From Hominifimenecus sp. rT4P-3 (lineage in GTDB: Bacteria; Bacillota; Clostridia; Lachnospirales; Lachnospiraceae), in assembly GCF_051055405.1 (NCBI RefSeq), contig NZ_CP167068.1:466791-498790 (forward strand): a DNA stretch of 32,000 nucleotides. Direction: 5' to 3'. Position 1 is the stretch's first letter. The number at the start of each line of letters is the position of its first letter. The notes under the pieces are model-generated. The model was given only the letters and a program-made list of their open reading frames with translations. It was not told the DNA's origin and did not search any database. Shown here in pieces: positions 1-9,200 of this stretch. Made by a program: the position numbers and the translations under genes.

Positions 1-282
1 AAAAGCAGATGGAATAACCCAGGAGCGCTGGCGGTATTGACCGTAGTGCTGATTTTGTTGTGCGTTTTGACCACTCATACGAATAAACTGAAGGCTACCG
101 ATGCGGATTATGCCGCCAAGGTAGCGGCGCTCTCCGCGGAAGTAGAAGAAGAATCCAAACGTGCCGAGGAGTTGGAAGAATACCAGGTGTACGTCCAGAC
201 CAAACAATATATTGAGAAAGTAGCCAGAGAGAAGCTTGGCCTGGTGAACCCGAACGAGGCGATTGTAAAACCGAATGAGTAG
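1..282 (+). CDS. divIC: Septum formation initiator, FtsB/DivIC family (5' end lies outside the window)
   Basis: The frame is open from base 1. It has one hydrophobic helix (LAVLTVVLILLCVL), then a charged coiled-coil and the family-typical C-terminus YIEKVAREKLGLVNPNEAIV. It lies upstream of spoIIE, as in Bacillus. Confidence 0.75.
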   Translation, partial: KSRWNNPGALAVLTVVLILLCVLTTHTNKLKATDADYAAKVAALSAEVEEESKRAEELEEYQVYVQTKQYIEKVAREKLGLVNPNEAIVKPNE

Positions 283-286
283 AAAG

Positions 287-326
287 AGAAGACCCAAAAG
301 TCATTTTGACAGAGGGTCTTTTTTAT
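287..326 (+). terminator. Rho-independent terminator after divIC
   Basis: Stem AAGACCC (289-295) pairs with GGGTCTT (314-320), with inner GTCA/TGAC pairing, followed by a T-run at 319-325. Confidence 0.6.
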
Positions 327-351
327 TTCATAGGATTCAGGTATCAAAAAG

Positions 352-418
352 TGTCGAAACATTCTGTTTCTTCGACACTTCCGTTTGACAGACTTTGCGC
401 TGGAACTTGTCTTATAAT
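352..418 (+). promoter_or_regulatory. Spo0A-type promoter of spoIIE: two inverted 0A boxes plus -35/-10 hexamers with a 22-bp spacer
   Basis: TGTCGAA at 352-358 and TTCGACA at 371-377 are both perfect matches to the 0A box TGNCGAA. TTGACA lies at 385-390 and TATAAT at 413-418, separated by 22 bp. Confidence 0.6.
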
Positions 419-449
419 CATTCCCGATAGTATAAGGGAGGAATCGGGT

Positions 450-1946
450 ATGGATAAGATCGGTATGTTCGCTGTGCTTTTGTTCGCGTATATGATTGGG
501 ATTTTGGCAGGGGTTCTCTATGTTCGAAGCGGGCGGAAAAGCTGGAAGAAGACTGTGCTTTGGAAGAGTCGCTACCGGGAATACGCGGCGGAACGTCAGC
601 TAAAAGAGCGGGCGAGAGCGTTTCACCGTCTTTCAGCAGCGTTTCGGGAGAGCGGAAGCAGCAGCTATGAGCGGGTGACGAGAGAGATCGCGGCTACGGC
701 GCTGGCGGAGACCACCAGCAAAGTCTGCGAGGCCTGCGGAGGCTGCCACCTTGGCCGGATGCAGCTCCAGAAAGACGCCTACTATCTTCAGTATCTGATG
801 AATTCCTTTGTAAAAAACGGGCGGGTGGACAATGAGGACATGCCTCGGATTTTCTCGGAAACTTGTTGTGAATCCGAATTGTACATAGAAGAATTAAACG
901 AAGAACTGGGGCGCGGACAGCTTCAGATTGATTGGAAAACTCGGTTTTTAGAAGGCCGGGAGGCGGTATCCGCACAGTTTGCAGAGATGGAAGGGATGTT
1001 GGAGGAGCTGGCAGACCAGACCGACGAGCAGGAAGACGTAACGGATCGCTGGGAGAAAAAGTTAAAAAAGGAATGCCATAAGTTAGGGCTTGCGATGAAC
1101 CGCTGCTTTGTCGAGCAGGATGCGGAAGGGAAGCTGCAGGTCCATCTTCAAGTACAGACCGCGGGCCGCCATTGTATTCCGTCCAAAGAGGTGACGGAAG
1201 CCGTCGGCAAGCTGATGAAAAGAGAAATGCGTCTGGAGATCGGCAGTAAATCCGTGGTGGGAAAGGAGAACAGCCGTCTGGTTTTGATGGAAGAGCCGGA
1301 GTTTGGCATTTGCTATGGCGTTGCCCGCGCAGTCAAAGAGGGAAGCGAGGTTTCAGGGGATAATTATTCTGCCATGGAGCTGCCGGGTGGGAACTATCTG
1401 TTATGCCTGTCTGACGGGATGGGGTCCGGCCATTTGGCTGCCGCTGAGAGTGAGTCTGTGGTGGAGCTAGCGGAGCAATTGACCGGAGCAGGATTTTCTT
1501 TGGAAAATACGGTGAAGCTGATGAACTCCGTGCTGCTCCTACGGGAAGGGGAGCAGCGTCCGGCCACCTTGGACATTCACATCCTGGATCTGCATACCGG
1601 AGAGATACGAAGCAGGAAACAGGGCGCGGCCGCTACGTTTTTAAAGCAGGGGGAACAGATTTCTCTTTTGGAATCGGCGGACGCTCCCATCGGATGGAGC
1701 GCGTCGCTGCTTTCTGAGGAGCAGGTGAATAAGGTCTCCGAAGGCGGGATTTTGGTTCTGGTGACCGATGGTGTGGTGGAGGCTCTGCCAGGCGCGGAAA
1801 AAGAAGAATTTTTGATGGAAATTCTCCGGCGGATGAAGGAGGGGAGCCCTCAGACCATGGCGGACGCCATTTTGTCGCTGGCGGCCGGATCGGAAGCGCC
1901 GCGGGATGATATGACGGTTTTGGTGGCCCAGATTACGAGACGGTAG
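450..1946 (+). CDS. spoIIE: Stage II sporulation protein E-like PP2C serine phosphatase, short form with a single N-terminal TM helix
   Basis: ATG at 450 follows the RBS AAGGGAGG (435-442); the track's ORF start at 306 has no RBS. One TM helix is present (MFAVLLFAYMIGILAGVLYV). The C-terminal PP2C/SpoIIE domain shows GDNYS...LCLSDGMGSGHLAA...LVLVTDGVVEAL...DDMTVLV. It sits in the divIC-spoIIE-tilS-hpt-ftsH synteny. Confidence 0.8.
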   Translation: MDKIGMFAVLLFAYMIGILAGVLYVRSGRKSWKKTVLWKSRYREYAAERQLKERARAFHRLSAAFRESGSSSYERVTREIAATALAETTSKVCEACGGCHLGRMQLQKDAYYLQYLMNSFVKNGRVDNEDMPRIFSETCCESELYIEELNEELGRGQLQIDWKTRFLEGREAVSAQFAEMEGMLEELADQTDEQEDVTDRWEKKLKKECHKLGLAMNRCFVEQDAEGKLQVHLQVQTAGRHCIPSKEVTEAVGKLMKREMRLEIGSKSVVGKENSRLVLMEEPEFGICYGVARAVKEGSEVSGDNYSAMELPGGNYLLCLSDGMGSGHLAAAESESVVELAEQLTGAGFSLENTVKLMNSVLLLREGEQRPATLDIHILDLHTGEIRSRKQGAAATFLKQGEQISLLESADAPIGWSASLLSEEQVNKVSEGGILVLVTDGVVEALPGAEKEEFLMEILRRMKEGSPQTMADAILSLAAGSEAPRDDMTVLVAQITRR

Positions 1947-1949
1947 GGG

Positions 1950-1978
1950 TTGATTTCATCCTTTTTTTTCCGTATAAT
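1950..1978 (+). promoter_or_regulatory. Sigma-A-type promoter immediately upstream of tilS (predicted TSS at the ATG)
   Basis: TTGATT (1950-1955), a 17-bp spacer, then TATAAT (1973-1978). The tilS ATG is at 1985, with no Shine-Dalgarno sequence between. Confidence 0.45.
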
Positions 1979-1984
1979 AAACCC

Positions 1985-3328
1985 ATGATGGAAGAATTGA
2001 TTCAGAAAGTAAGCCGGTGGGTCCGGCAGCAAAATTTATTGGAGCAGGGAGACCAGGTGACCGTTGGCGTTAGCGGCGGCGCCGATTCGGTCTGTCTGCT
2101 TCTGTGTCTCTCGGAGCTGGCAGAAAAATTGGGGATTCGCGTAAGCGCTGTTCATGTCCACCATGGGCTTCGAGGAAATGACGCGGACTTAGATGAACGT
2201 TTTGTCCAGGATCTTTGTAAGGATCTCGGCATTCCTTGCATCTGCCGCCGGGCGGATGTGGCGGCATTGGCGGCCAGGCGGAAGATTTCTGTGGAAGAGG
2301 CAGGGCGTCTGGCGCGCTATGAGATTTTGCGCCAGGAGGCAAAGGGCGGTAAAATTGCCGTGGCGCACCACCAGGGCGATCAGGCGGAGACGGTTCTTTG
2401 GAACCTGTTCCGCGGGAGCGGGATCAAGGGGGCGGCTGGCATGGCGCCGAAAAATGGAGATGTTATCCGGCCTCTTCTTACTTGTACGAGGGCGGAGATT
2501 GAGACATTTTTGCGAGGGCGCGGGCAGAGCTTTCGAGAAGATGCAACCAATCAGGATTTGTGCTATACGAGAAACCGGATACGAAACCAGATTCTTCCTT
2601 TGGCGAAAGAGGCGGTCAATTGCCGTGCGGAGGAACATCTGGCGGCTTTTGCCGCGGGGGCGCGGGAGGTGGACCAGCTTTTAGATGAGCTGGCAAAGGA
2701 GGCGCTGATTTCATGTGAGCAAAAGGACGATCATATTCTTCTTCCTTCCGATCTGCTTTTGGAAAAGCCGGCCGTGTTAGGAAAGCGGGTTTTACTTTTT
2801 GCCATCGAGGTGGTCGTAAAAAGCCGCCGGGATATCGGGGCGGCCCATCTGAATGCAGTGTGGGAGCTTTTGAAAAAGCCAGTGGGAAGCCGTGTTTGTC
2901 TTCCAGGAGGCTTTTTCGCGAAGCGGGAGTACCGGGGGCTTACCATTGGGAAAGAGCGGCAGGAGGAATCGGAACCTTTGCTTCCCGAAGTGAAATTTTG
3001 CGAGATAGACGCAAAAGATTTTGGGAAAATCAGGGAAAACAGGTATACGAAATGCTTTGATTATGATAAAATGAAAAATAACGCTGTCTTGCGTTTTCGT
3101 CAGGAAGGCGACTACCTGGAACTTCCGGGCGGGGGACGTAAGACCTTGCGTCGATATATGATTGATGAGAAAATTCCGGCCGAGGAGCGGGGGCGGATTC
3201 CGGTGCTGGCGGACGGCAGTCATGTGCTTTGGATCGTTGGATACCGGGAAAGCGCCGCGTGCCAGGTGACAAAAGACACAGAGCGAATTCTGTGTGTGAC
3301 AGTAGGAGGAGAAGAACATGGAACATAA
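1985..3328 (+). CDS. tilS: tRNA(Ile)-lysidine synthetase
   Basis: PP-loop motif VGVSGGADSVCLL near the N-terminus. The length (447 aa) and the position before hpt-ftsH are classical for tilS. Confidence 0.93.
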   Translation: MMEELIQKVSRWVRQQNLLEQGDQVTVGVSGGADSVCLLLCLSELAEKLGIRVSAVHVHHGLRGNDADLDERFVQDLCKDLGIPCICRRADVAALAARRKISVEEAGRLARYEILRQEAKGGKIAVAHHQGDQAETVLWNLFRGSGIKGAAGMAPKNGDVIRPLLTCTRAEIETFLRGRGQSFREDATNQDLCYTRNRIRNQILPLAKEAVNCRAEEHLAAFAAGAREVDQLLDELAKEALISCEQKDDHILLPSDLLLEKPAVLGKRVLLFAIEVVVKSRRDIGAAHLNAVWELLKKPVGSRVCLPGGFFAKREYRGLTIGKERQEESEPLLPEVKFCEIDAKDFGKIRENRYTKCFDYDKMKNNAVLRFRQEGDYLELPGGGRKTLRRYMIDEKIPAEERGRIPVLADGSHVLWIVGYRESAACQVTKDTERILCVTVGGEEHGT

Positions 3329-3845
3329 GATCCGCGTTTTAATTTCAGAAGAGGACGTCGACCGCCGGATCGCGGAGATCGCCGCCGAGATCAGCAGGGA
3401 TTATGCGGGAAAGAGCGTACATCTGCTTTGTATTTTAAAGGGAAGCATCTTTTTTACCTGTGAATTGGCGAAGCGGCTGACGGTACCGGTTACGCTGGAT
3501 TTTATGAGTTGTTCCAGTTATGGGTCTGGTACGGTGTCCAAGGGAATTGTACGGTTGGTTAAAGACCTGGATGAACCCATCGAAGGCCGGGATGTGATTA
3601 TCGTGGAAGATATCATTGATTCCGGAAATACGCTGTCCTACCTGGTGGAGATGATGAAGGGAAGAAAACCGGCCAGCTTAAAGCTTTGTACTCTTTTGGA
3701 TAAGCCGTCCCGCCGGGTACATCATGAGGTACAGGTGAATTATACTTGTTTTTCCATCGAGGATTTATTTGTCGTCGGTTATGGGCTGGACTATGATCAG
3801 CACTACCGGAATTTGCCGTATATCGGCGTGATTGAAAATGTATAA
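3318..3845 (+). CDS. hpt: Hypoxanthine-guanine phosphoribosyltransferase
   Basis: PRPP-binding motif VIIVEDIIDSGNTL. The protein is 175 aa, has the RBS GGAGGAG upstream, and overlaps the tilS stop by 11 nt. Confidence 0.93.
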   Translation: MEHKIRVLISEEDVDRRIAEIAAEISRDYAGKSVHLLCILKGSIFFTCELAKRLTVPVTLDFMSCSSYGSGTVSKGIVRLVKDLDEPIEGRDVIIVEDIIDSGNTLSYLVEMMKGRKPASLKLCTLLDKPSRRVHHEVQVNYTCFSIEDLFVVGYGLDYDQHYRNLPYIGVIENV

Positions 3846-3863
3846 AGTAAAGGAGATAGGATT

Positions 3864-5678
3864 TTGAATTCAACGAGAAGACCGGGCGCAGGTTTATATA
3901 TTATGCCGTTGCTGTTAGCGATGCTGGTCATGATGATGTTTAGCGGCGTCTTTGGCGGACAGGATGCGGCGCAGGGGACGGTCGCAGAGTTTGAACGAGC
4001 GGCAAAGGAGCGCCAGCTGACGCAGGTAGTGATCAAGCAGAATCCGGAGACCCCGACCGGGCAGGTCAACTATACGCTGGCGGGTGGAACGGTGAAATAT
4101 ATCTATGTTTCCGACGTTAACGTAGTGCAGGAGATGCTGCAGCAGGAAGACGTGGATTATACGCTCCAGGATGTGACCGAAGGCATTGATCTTTTGTCCA
4201 TAATCTCCATCGGAATCAGCGCGATCTTGCTGATTATTCTGGTGATGGTTATTTTCAGGAATAATTCCCAGGGCGGCGCCAATAATAAAATGATGAACTT
4301 TGGCAAGAGCCGGGCGATTATGGTGACCAACAGCAATATTAATTTTGAGAATGTGGCCGGTTTGCAGGAGGAAAAGGAAGATCTGGCGGAAATCGTGGAT
4401 TTCTTAAAGGATCCGGCTAAATATACCCGCATCGGCGCACGGATTCCCAAGGGAGTCCTTTTGGTAGGCCCTCCCGGAACGGGAAAAACATTGATGGCAA
4501 AGGCCATCGCCGGCGAAGCGGGGGTTCCCTTTTTCAGCATTTCCGGTTCGGATTTTGTAGAGATGTTCGTCGGCGTCGGCGCGTCCCGTGTCCGGGATCT
4601 CTTTGCGGAGGCAAAGAAGAACAGTCCCTGTATCGTATTTATCGATGAGATCGACGCCGTAGCGCGCCGCCGTGGTACGGGTATGGGCGGCGGACATGAC
4701 GAGCGGGAGCAGACGCTGAATCAGCTTTTGGTGGAGATGGACGGTTTTGGTGTCAATGCGGGCATCATTGTGATGGCGGCTACCAACCGGGTCGACATTT
4801 TGGATCCGGCGATCATGCGTCCCGGACGTTTTGACCGGAAGATCGGCGTGGCCCGTCCGGATGTCCGAGGCCGCGAGGCGATTTTGAAGGTTCACTCTAA
4901 GGAAAAGCCTCTGGGAGAAGATGTGGATTTGAGCCGGATTGCCCAGACGACGGCAGGATTTTCCGGTGCAGACCTGGAGAACTTGATGAATGAAGCGGCG
5001 ATTGTGACGGCGAAGGATGGCAGGAGTTTTATCTGCCAGGCGGATATCGACCAGGCTTTTGTAAAAGTGGGGCTGGGAGCGGAGAAAAAGAGCCGTCTGA
5101 TCTCGGAGAAAGAGAAGAAGATCACGGCCTATCACGAGTCGGGGCATGCGCTTTTGTTTCATTTGCTGCCGGACGTGGGACCGGTGCATACCGTCTCCAT
5201 TATTCCCACGGGGATTGGAGCGGCAGGATATACGATGCCTTTGCCGGAAAAAGACGAGATGTTCTTGACAAAGGGCAAGATGGAGCAGGAAATTATGGTT
5301 TCTTTGGGAGGCCGGATTGCGGAGGAACTGATCTTTCAGGATATCACCACCGGCGCTTCTCAGGATATTAAGCAGGCGACCAATCTGGCAAAAAATATGG
5401 TGACCCAGTATGGGATGTCCGATCGGGTTGGCATGATTCATTGCGGAGATGATGAATCCGAAGTCTTTATCGGCCGGGATTTGGCCCACAGCCGCGGATA
5501 TGGCGAGGGAATGGCCACGATGATCGATGAGGAGATCAAGCGGATCATTGATCAGAATTATGAAAAGGCCAAGGCGATGATCGAAGAACATCTGGATGTG
5601 CTCCATAAGTGCGCCGCTCTTTTGCTGGAAAAGGAGAAGATTGGTCAGGCGGAATTTGAAGCATTATTTGAGTCATGA
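3864..5678 (+). CDS. ftsH: ATP-dependent zinc metalloprotease FtsH
   Basis: Two TM helices, AAA+ Walker A GPPGTGKT, Walker [10 protein letters not shown], the SRH region, and the zinc motif HESGHA. The TTG start at 3864 lies 8 nt after AAGGAGA; ATG 3903 is an alternative start. Confidence 0.95.
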   Translation: MNSTRRPGAGLYIMPLLLAMLVMMMFSGVFGGQDAAQGTVAEFERAAKERQLTQVVIKQNPETPTGQVNYTLAGGTVKYIYVSDVNVVQEMLQQEDVDYTLQDVTEGIDLLSIISIGISAILLIILVMVIFRNNSQGGANNKMMNFGKSRAIMVTNSNINFENVAGLQEEKEDLAEIVDFLKDPAKYTRIGARIPKGVLLVGPPGTGKTLMAKAIAGEAGVPFFSISGSDFVEMFVGVGASRVRDLFAEAKKNSPCIVFIDEIDAVARRRGTGMGGGHDEREQTLNQLLVEMDGFGVNAGIIVMAATNRVDILDPAIMRPGRFDRKIGVARPDVRGREAILKVHSKEKPLGEDVDLSRIAQTTAGFSGADLENLMNEAAIVTAKDGRSFICQADIDQAFVKVGLGAEKKSRLISEKEKKITAYHESGHALLFHLLPDVGPVHTVSIIPTGIGAAGYTMPLPEKDEMFLTKGKMEQEIMVSLGGRIAEELIFQDITTGASQDIKQATNLAKNMVTQYGMSDRVGMIHCGDDESEVFIGRDLAHSRGYGEGMATMIDEEIKRIIDQNYEKAKAMIEEHLDVLHKCAALLLEKEKIGQAEFEALFES

Positions 5679-7696
5679 CGGAGAATAGAAGATTTTACTT
5701 TAGCGATGAAACAGAGAATTTCCGCCGGCCCGCAGAGCCGGCGGAAGGAGAGAGGGTCGTCCTTCGGCTGCGCGCCGTGAAGGACGATTCTTTTCATGCC
5801 TGGGTGATTTCAACCAGCGGTCGGATGGTGATGAAACCGGCCGAATCGGAAGGGAAATTTGTTTTTTATGAGGCGGAAATTCCGGCTTTCACCGGTTGCT
5901 TTGCTTATCTATTTCAGATTCAGGATGCAGAAGGGACGGTTTATTATGGAAAGCATGGGCTGCAAACCAGCCCAGATTTTTCTTCCGCCTTTCGGATGGA
6001 ACCGGGATTTTTGGTCCCGGAGTGGTGTAAGGGCGCGGTGATTTACCAGATTTTCGTGGATCGGTTTTGCAATGGAGATCAGAAAAATGATGTAGAAGAG
6101 CGGGAATATTTCTACCTGGAGGGCGGATGCGCTCATCGGGTCTCCGATTGGAATACCCTGCCGGAACCGCTGGACGTCCGGAACTTTTATGGCGGAGATT
6201 TACAGGGGGTTTGGGATAAGCTGGATTATCTCCAATACCTTGGCGTAGAAGTCCTGTATTTTAATCCGCTTTTTGTCTCCCCTTCCAATCACAAATACGA
6301 TACGCAGGATTACGATCATATTGACCCTCATTTTGGCAAAATTGTGGTGGATGGTGGTGAAACGCTGCCGGAAGGGGCAGATTCGAACCGGCAGGCGACA
6401 AAATATATCCTGCGGACGACAACGCCGGAAAATTTGGAAGCATCCGACGCCTTTTTTGCGGATTTTGTAAAGGAAGCCCATCGGCGCGGCCTGCGGGTGA
6501 TTTTGGATGGTGTGTTTAATCACTGTGGGTCGTTCCACAAATGGATGGATCGGGAAGCGTTTTACCAGGGGCGTTTTGGATATGAGCCGGGCGCCTATGG
6601 CCACCCGGATAGCCCATACCGGAGTTTTTTTCGATTTGGCCCGGCGGAAAGCTTTGAGTGCTGGTGGGGGATGAAGACCTTGCCCAAATTGAATTATGAG
6701 GGAGATTCCTATCTCAAAGAAGAAATTCTGCGAATTGCAAAAAAGTGGGTGTCCCCTCCCTACTGCGCCGATGGATGGCGCTTAGATGTGGCGGCGGATC
6801 TAGGACATAGCGAGGAGACCAACCATGGGTTTTGGCGGGACTTCCGGCAGGCGGTGAAGACGGCGAATCCAGAGGCAGTGATTTTGGCGGAGCATTACGG
6901 GGACATTTCTCCGTGGATGGATGGAAAGCAATGGGATACGGTGATGAACTATGACGCGTTTATGGAGCCGGTATCCTGGTTTTTCACTGGAATGGAAAAG
7001 CACAGCGATGGGTACCGGAAAGATCTTTTGGGAAATGGAGAGGCATTTTGGGACGCGATGATTCAAAATATGGCCCGTTTTCCCTATGGAAGTCTTCACA
7101 GCGCCATGAATCAATTGGATAATCACGATCATTCCCGGTTTGTCACGCGTACTTCTCAGCGCGTGGGGAGGCTGAACCGGGGAGGTGTCGATACCGCGGC
7201 TCAGTCGATCTGCCTTGGTATCTGCCGGGAGGCAGCCGTGCTTCAAATGACTTGGCCGGGAGCGCCGACGCTGTATTATGGGGATGAGACCGCTCTCCCT
7301 GGGTGGACGGATCCAGACAGCCGCCGCCCGTTTCCCTGGGGAAAAGAAAATTGGGAGATGATTGAGTTTTACCGGGAACTGATTCGAATCCACCGGGCCT
7401 CGCCTGCTTTAAAGAAGGGATCTCTGGTGCGGCTTTTGGGAGAATACCAGTTATTGTCCTATGGACGTTTTTTCGGGGAAGAACGGATGGTAATCTTGAT
7501 TTACAATGGCGGGGAAGAACGGGAGGCGGAGATTCCAGTGGAGCTTTTGGGTGGAAAACAGCCAAAGGCATTGGTGCGTTTGATGGAGACCGGCGAGAAC
7601 GGTTACAATATCGGGGAGGCGCGCATTCCAGTTCGGCAGGGCAAGGCGGCGCTTCGCCTGCATCCGATGGAGGCGGCCATTTTCCGGGTAGATTAG
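5675..7696 (+). CDS. Glycoside hydrolase family 13 enzyme (neopullulanase/cyclomaltodextrinase/maltogenic amylase-like)
   Basis: The four GH13 conserved regions are present: [25 protein letters not shown] and [10 protein letters not shown]. There is no signal peptide. The ATG overlaps the ftsH stop (ATGA). Confidence 0.88.
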   Translation: MTENRRFYFSDETENFRRPAEPAEGERVVLRLRAVKDDSFHAWVISTSGRMVMKPAESEGKFVFYEAEIPAFTGCFAYLFQIQDAEGTVYYGKHGLQTSPDFSSAFRMEPGFLVPEWCKGAVIYQIFVDRFCNGDQKNDVEEREYFYLEGGCAHRVSDWNTLPEPLDVRNFYGGDLQGVWDKLDYLQYLGVEVLYFNPLFVSPSNHKYDTQDYDHIDPHFGKIVVDGGETLPEGADSNRQATKYILRTTTPENLEASDAFFADFVKEAHRRGLRVILDGVFNHCGSFHKWMDREAFYQGRFGYEPGAYGHPDSPYRSFFRFGPAESFECWWGMKTLPKLNYEGDSYLKEEILRIAKKWVSPPYCADGWRLDVAADLGHSEETNHGFWRDFRQAVKTANPEAVILAEHYGDISPWMDGKQWDTVMNYDAFMEPVSWFFTGMEKHSDGYRKDLLGNGEAFWDAMIQNMARFPYGSLHSAMNQLDNHDHSRFVTRTSQRVGRLNRGGVDTAAQSICLGICREAAVLQMTWPGAPTLYYGDETALPGWTDPDSRRPFPWGKENWEMIEFYRELIRIHRASPALKKGSLVRLLGEYQLLSYGRFFGEERMVILIYNGGEEREAEIPVELLGGKQPKALVRLMETGENGYNIGEARIPVRQGKAALRLHPMEAAIFRVD

Positions 7697-7715
7697 GGGA
7701 GAAAGGGGAAGACAC

Positions 7716-8216
7716 ATGTACGATGAACTGACAAAGAGCGACATTGAAAAGATGAAACAGGAGATCGAGTATCGAAAGCTAGTGGTTCGTAAACAAGCTT
7801 TAGAAGCGGTTAAAGAAGCCAGGGCCCACGGAGATCTCAGTGAAAATTTTGAATATCACGCGGCAAAGAAGGATAAGAATCAGAACGAAAGCCGGATTCG
7901 TTATCTGGAACGGATGATCAAAACGGCAAAGATTGTCTCAGATGAATCACGGGATGACGAGGTGGGAATCAATAACACGGTGGAGGTCTACTTTGAGGAT
8001 GACGATGAGATAGATACCTTTAAGCTGGTTACCACCATCCGGGGAAATTCGTTAAAGGGCTATATCAGCACCGAATCGCCGCTGGGGCGCGCTTTATTGG
8101 GACATCGGGTTGGCGACCGGGTCTATGTGAAAGTAAATGAGACCGTCGGCTATTACGTGGAGATACGGTCGATTTCCAACACCGGCGACGAGGGCGATAC
8201 GATACGAAAATTTTAA
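7716..8216 (+). CDS. greA: Transcription elongation factor GreA
   Basis: The N-terminal coiled-coil carries the acidic tip motif (AHGDLSENFEYHAAK) and is followed by a C-terminal FKBP-like domain. The protein is 166 aa. Confidence 0.93.
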   Translation: MYDELTKSDIEKMKQEIEYRKLVVRKQALEAVKEARAHGDLSENFEYHAAKKDKNQNESRIRYLERMIKTAKIVSDESRDDEVGINNTVEVYFEDDDEIDTFKLVTTIRGNSLKGYISTESPLGRALLGHRVGDRVYVKVNETVGYYVEIRSISNTGDEGDTIRKF

Positions 8217-8259
8217 AAAGGGCGAATGGGTCGGGAGTCTGCTTTTCCATGAATTTCAT

Positions 8260-8288
8260 TTGATTTTTTTCCTACAGTCACATATAAT
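8260..8288 (+). promoter_or_regulatory. Candidate sigma-A promoter of the toxin-antitoxin operon
   Basis: TTGATT (8260-8265), a 17-bp spacer, then TATAAT (8283-8288). A small GGAAA/TTTCC inverted repeat and a TCCAT direct repeat (8297-8315) follow and could be the operator. Confidence 0.45.
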
Positions 8289-8334
8289 ATAAGTAGGGAA
8301 ATCCATACTTTCCATGCTTCAGGAGGTGAAAAAT

Positions 8335-8610
8335 ATGTTAGCAAAAGCTTTCGTTGACAACGCAAAGGTCATGGCAAAAGGACAGGTTACAATCCCAAAA
8401 GATGTCCGAGAAGTGCTTGGTGTGGCAAGTGGAGACCGTATTTCTTTTATTGTTGAGGGCAGCACTGTTCGCATTGTTAATTCCGCTGTTTATGCTATGC
8501 AGATGCTTCAGAGCGAAATGGCAGGTGAAGCAGAATCGTCCGGCCTCACATCTGACGATGATATTATGGCACTTGTAAAAGAATTGAGAAATGAGGACGA
8601 AAATGTATGA
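8335..8610 (+). CDS. AbrB/MazE/SpoVT-family antitoxin
   Basis: SpoVT-AbrB swapped-hairpin motif AKGQVTIPKDVREVLGVASGDRISF and an acidic C-terminal tail. ATG at 8335 lies 8 nt after AGGAGG (8321-8326). Its stop overlaps the PIN gene start (ATGA). Confidence 0.8.
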   Translation: MLAKAFVDNAKVMAKGQVTIPKDVREVLGVASGDRISFIVEGSTVRIVNSAVYAMQMLQSEMAGEAESSGLTSDDDIMALVKELRNEDENV

Positions 8611-9050
8611 GGGTTCTGATTGATACGAATGTTCTCATATCTGCGGCATTGAATATGAACAGCGTTCCCTATCAGGCTTATGTAAAAGCTGCCTCTTATC
8701 CTAACCACGGATTGATCTGTGAGCAAAATGTGGATGAAATGAAACGGATATTTAACAAAAAATTTCCCAAACGCCTGGCAGCATTGGATAAATTTCTTTC
8801 AATTGCCTTGCTGACGTTGGAATTAGTACCCATTCCAACAGATGAAAATATGTCAGAGTTACAGATCCGGGATGTAAATGACAGGCCTATTTTAAGAGCT
8901 GCTATGGAAGCAAGGGCGGATGTCCTGCTTACTGGTGATAAAGATTTTCTGGAATCTGGCTTGAAAAATCCGGCAATTATGACACCGGCTGAATTTCTAA
9001 ATATGGATTGCCTTCCATTGACAAGAGCAGACACGGTCAATGGAAGGTAA
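8607..9050 (+). CDS. PIN-domain (PIN_3-like) ribonuclease toxin
   Basis: The N-terminus RVLIDTNVLISA and the conserved acidic positions (DVNDRPIL, LLTGDKDF) fit a PIN domain. The protein is 147 aa and is translationally coupled to the antitoxin. Confidence 0.8.
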   Translation: MRVLIDTNVLISAALNMNSVPYQAYVKAASYPNHGLICEQNVDEMKRIFNKKFPKRLAALDKFLSIALLTLELVPIPTDENMSELQIRDVNDRPILRAAMEARADVLLTGDKDFLESGLKNPAIMTPAEFLNMDCLPLTRADTVNGR

Positions 9051-9067
9051 GAAATCGTTTTATATGG

Positions 9068-9097
9068 CAAGGCCGGAAACTGCAGCTTCCGGCCTTG
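9068..9097. terminator. GC-rich hairpin between the convergent PIN gene and ktrA (probable bidirectional terminator)
   Basis: CAAGGCCGGAA (9068-9078) pairs with TTCCGGCCTTG (9087-9097) around an 8-nt loop. The flanking U-tracts are weak. Confidence 0.5.
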
Positions 9098-9200
9098 TCC
9101 TTTCACATCTGTCATATTTCGTTTTCTTGCATACTCCAAAAGTGCTGCCAGATAAATTTGTGGCAAATGGAATGAAAAAATCTTTATAAATCGTCTTTGA

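Noticed and set aside
306-449. N-terminal extension of the SpoIIE ORF given in the track
   Set aside because: The extension would run through the divIC terminator, the 0A boxes and the promoter hexamers, and it has no RBS. ATG 450 has AAGGGAGG at the right distance.
2070-3326. Multiple alternative-frame ORFs inside tilS (for example 2193-2684 on + and 2189-2638 on -)
   Set aside because: They are Arg-rich out-of-frame translations of a GC-rich stretch. The tilS frame carries the PP-loop and spans the full length.
4404-5606. 400-aa ORF antisense to ftsH
   Set aside because: It lies entirely within the strongly supported ftsH frame. It has no RBS and no recognisable motifs, and its composition is Arg/Leu/His-rich, typical of the reverse frame of a GC-balanced gene.
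6800-7744. Antisense ORFs of 97-197 aa opposite the 3' half of the GH13 gene
   Set aside because: They overlap the conserved GH13 regions III and IV on the other strand and have no independent support.
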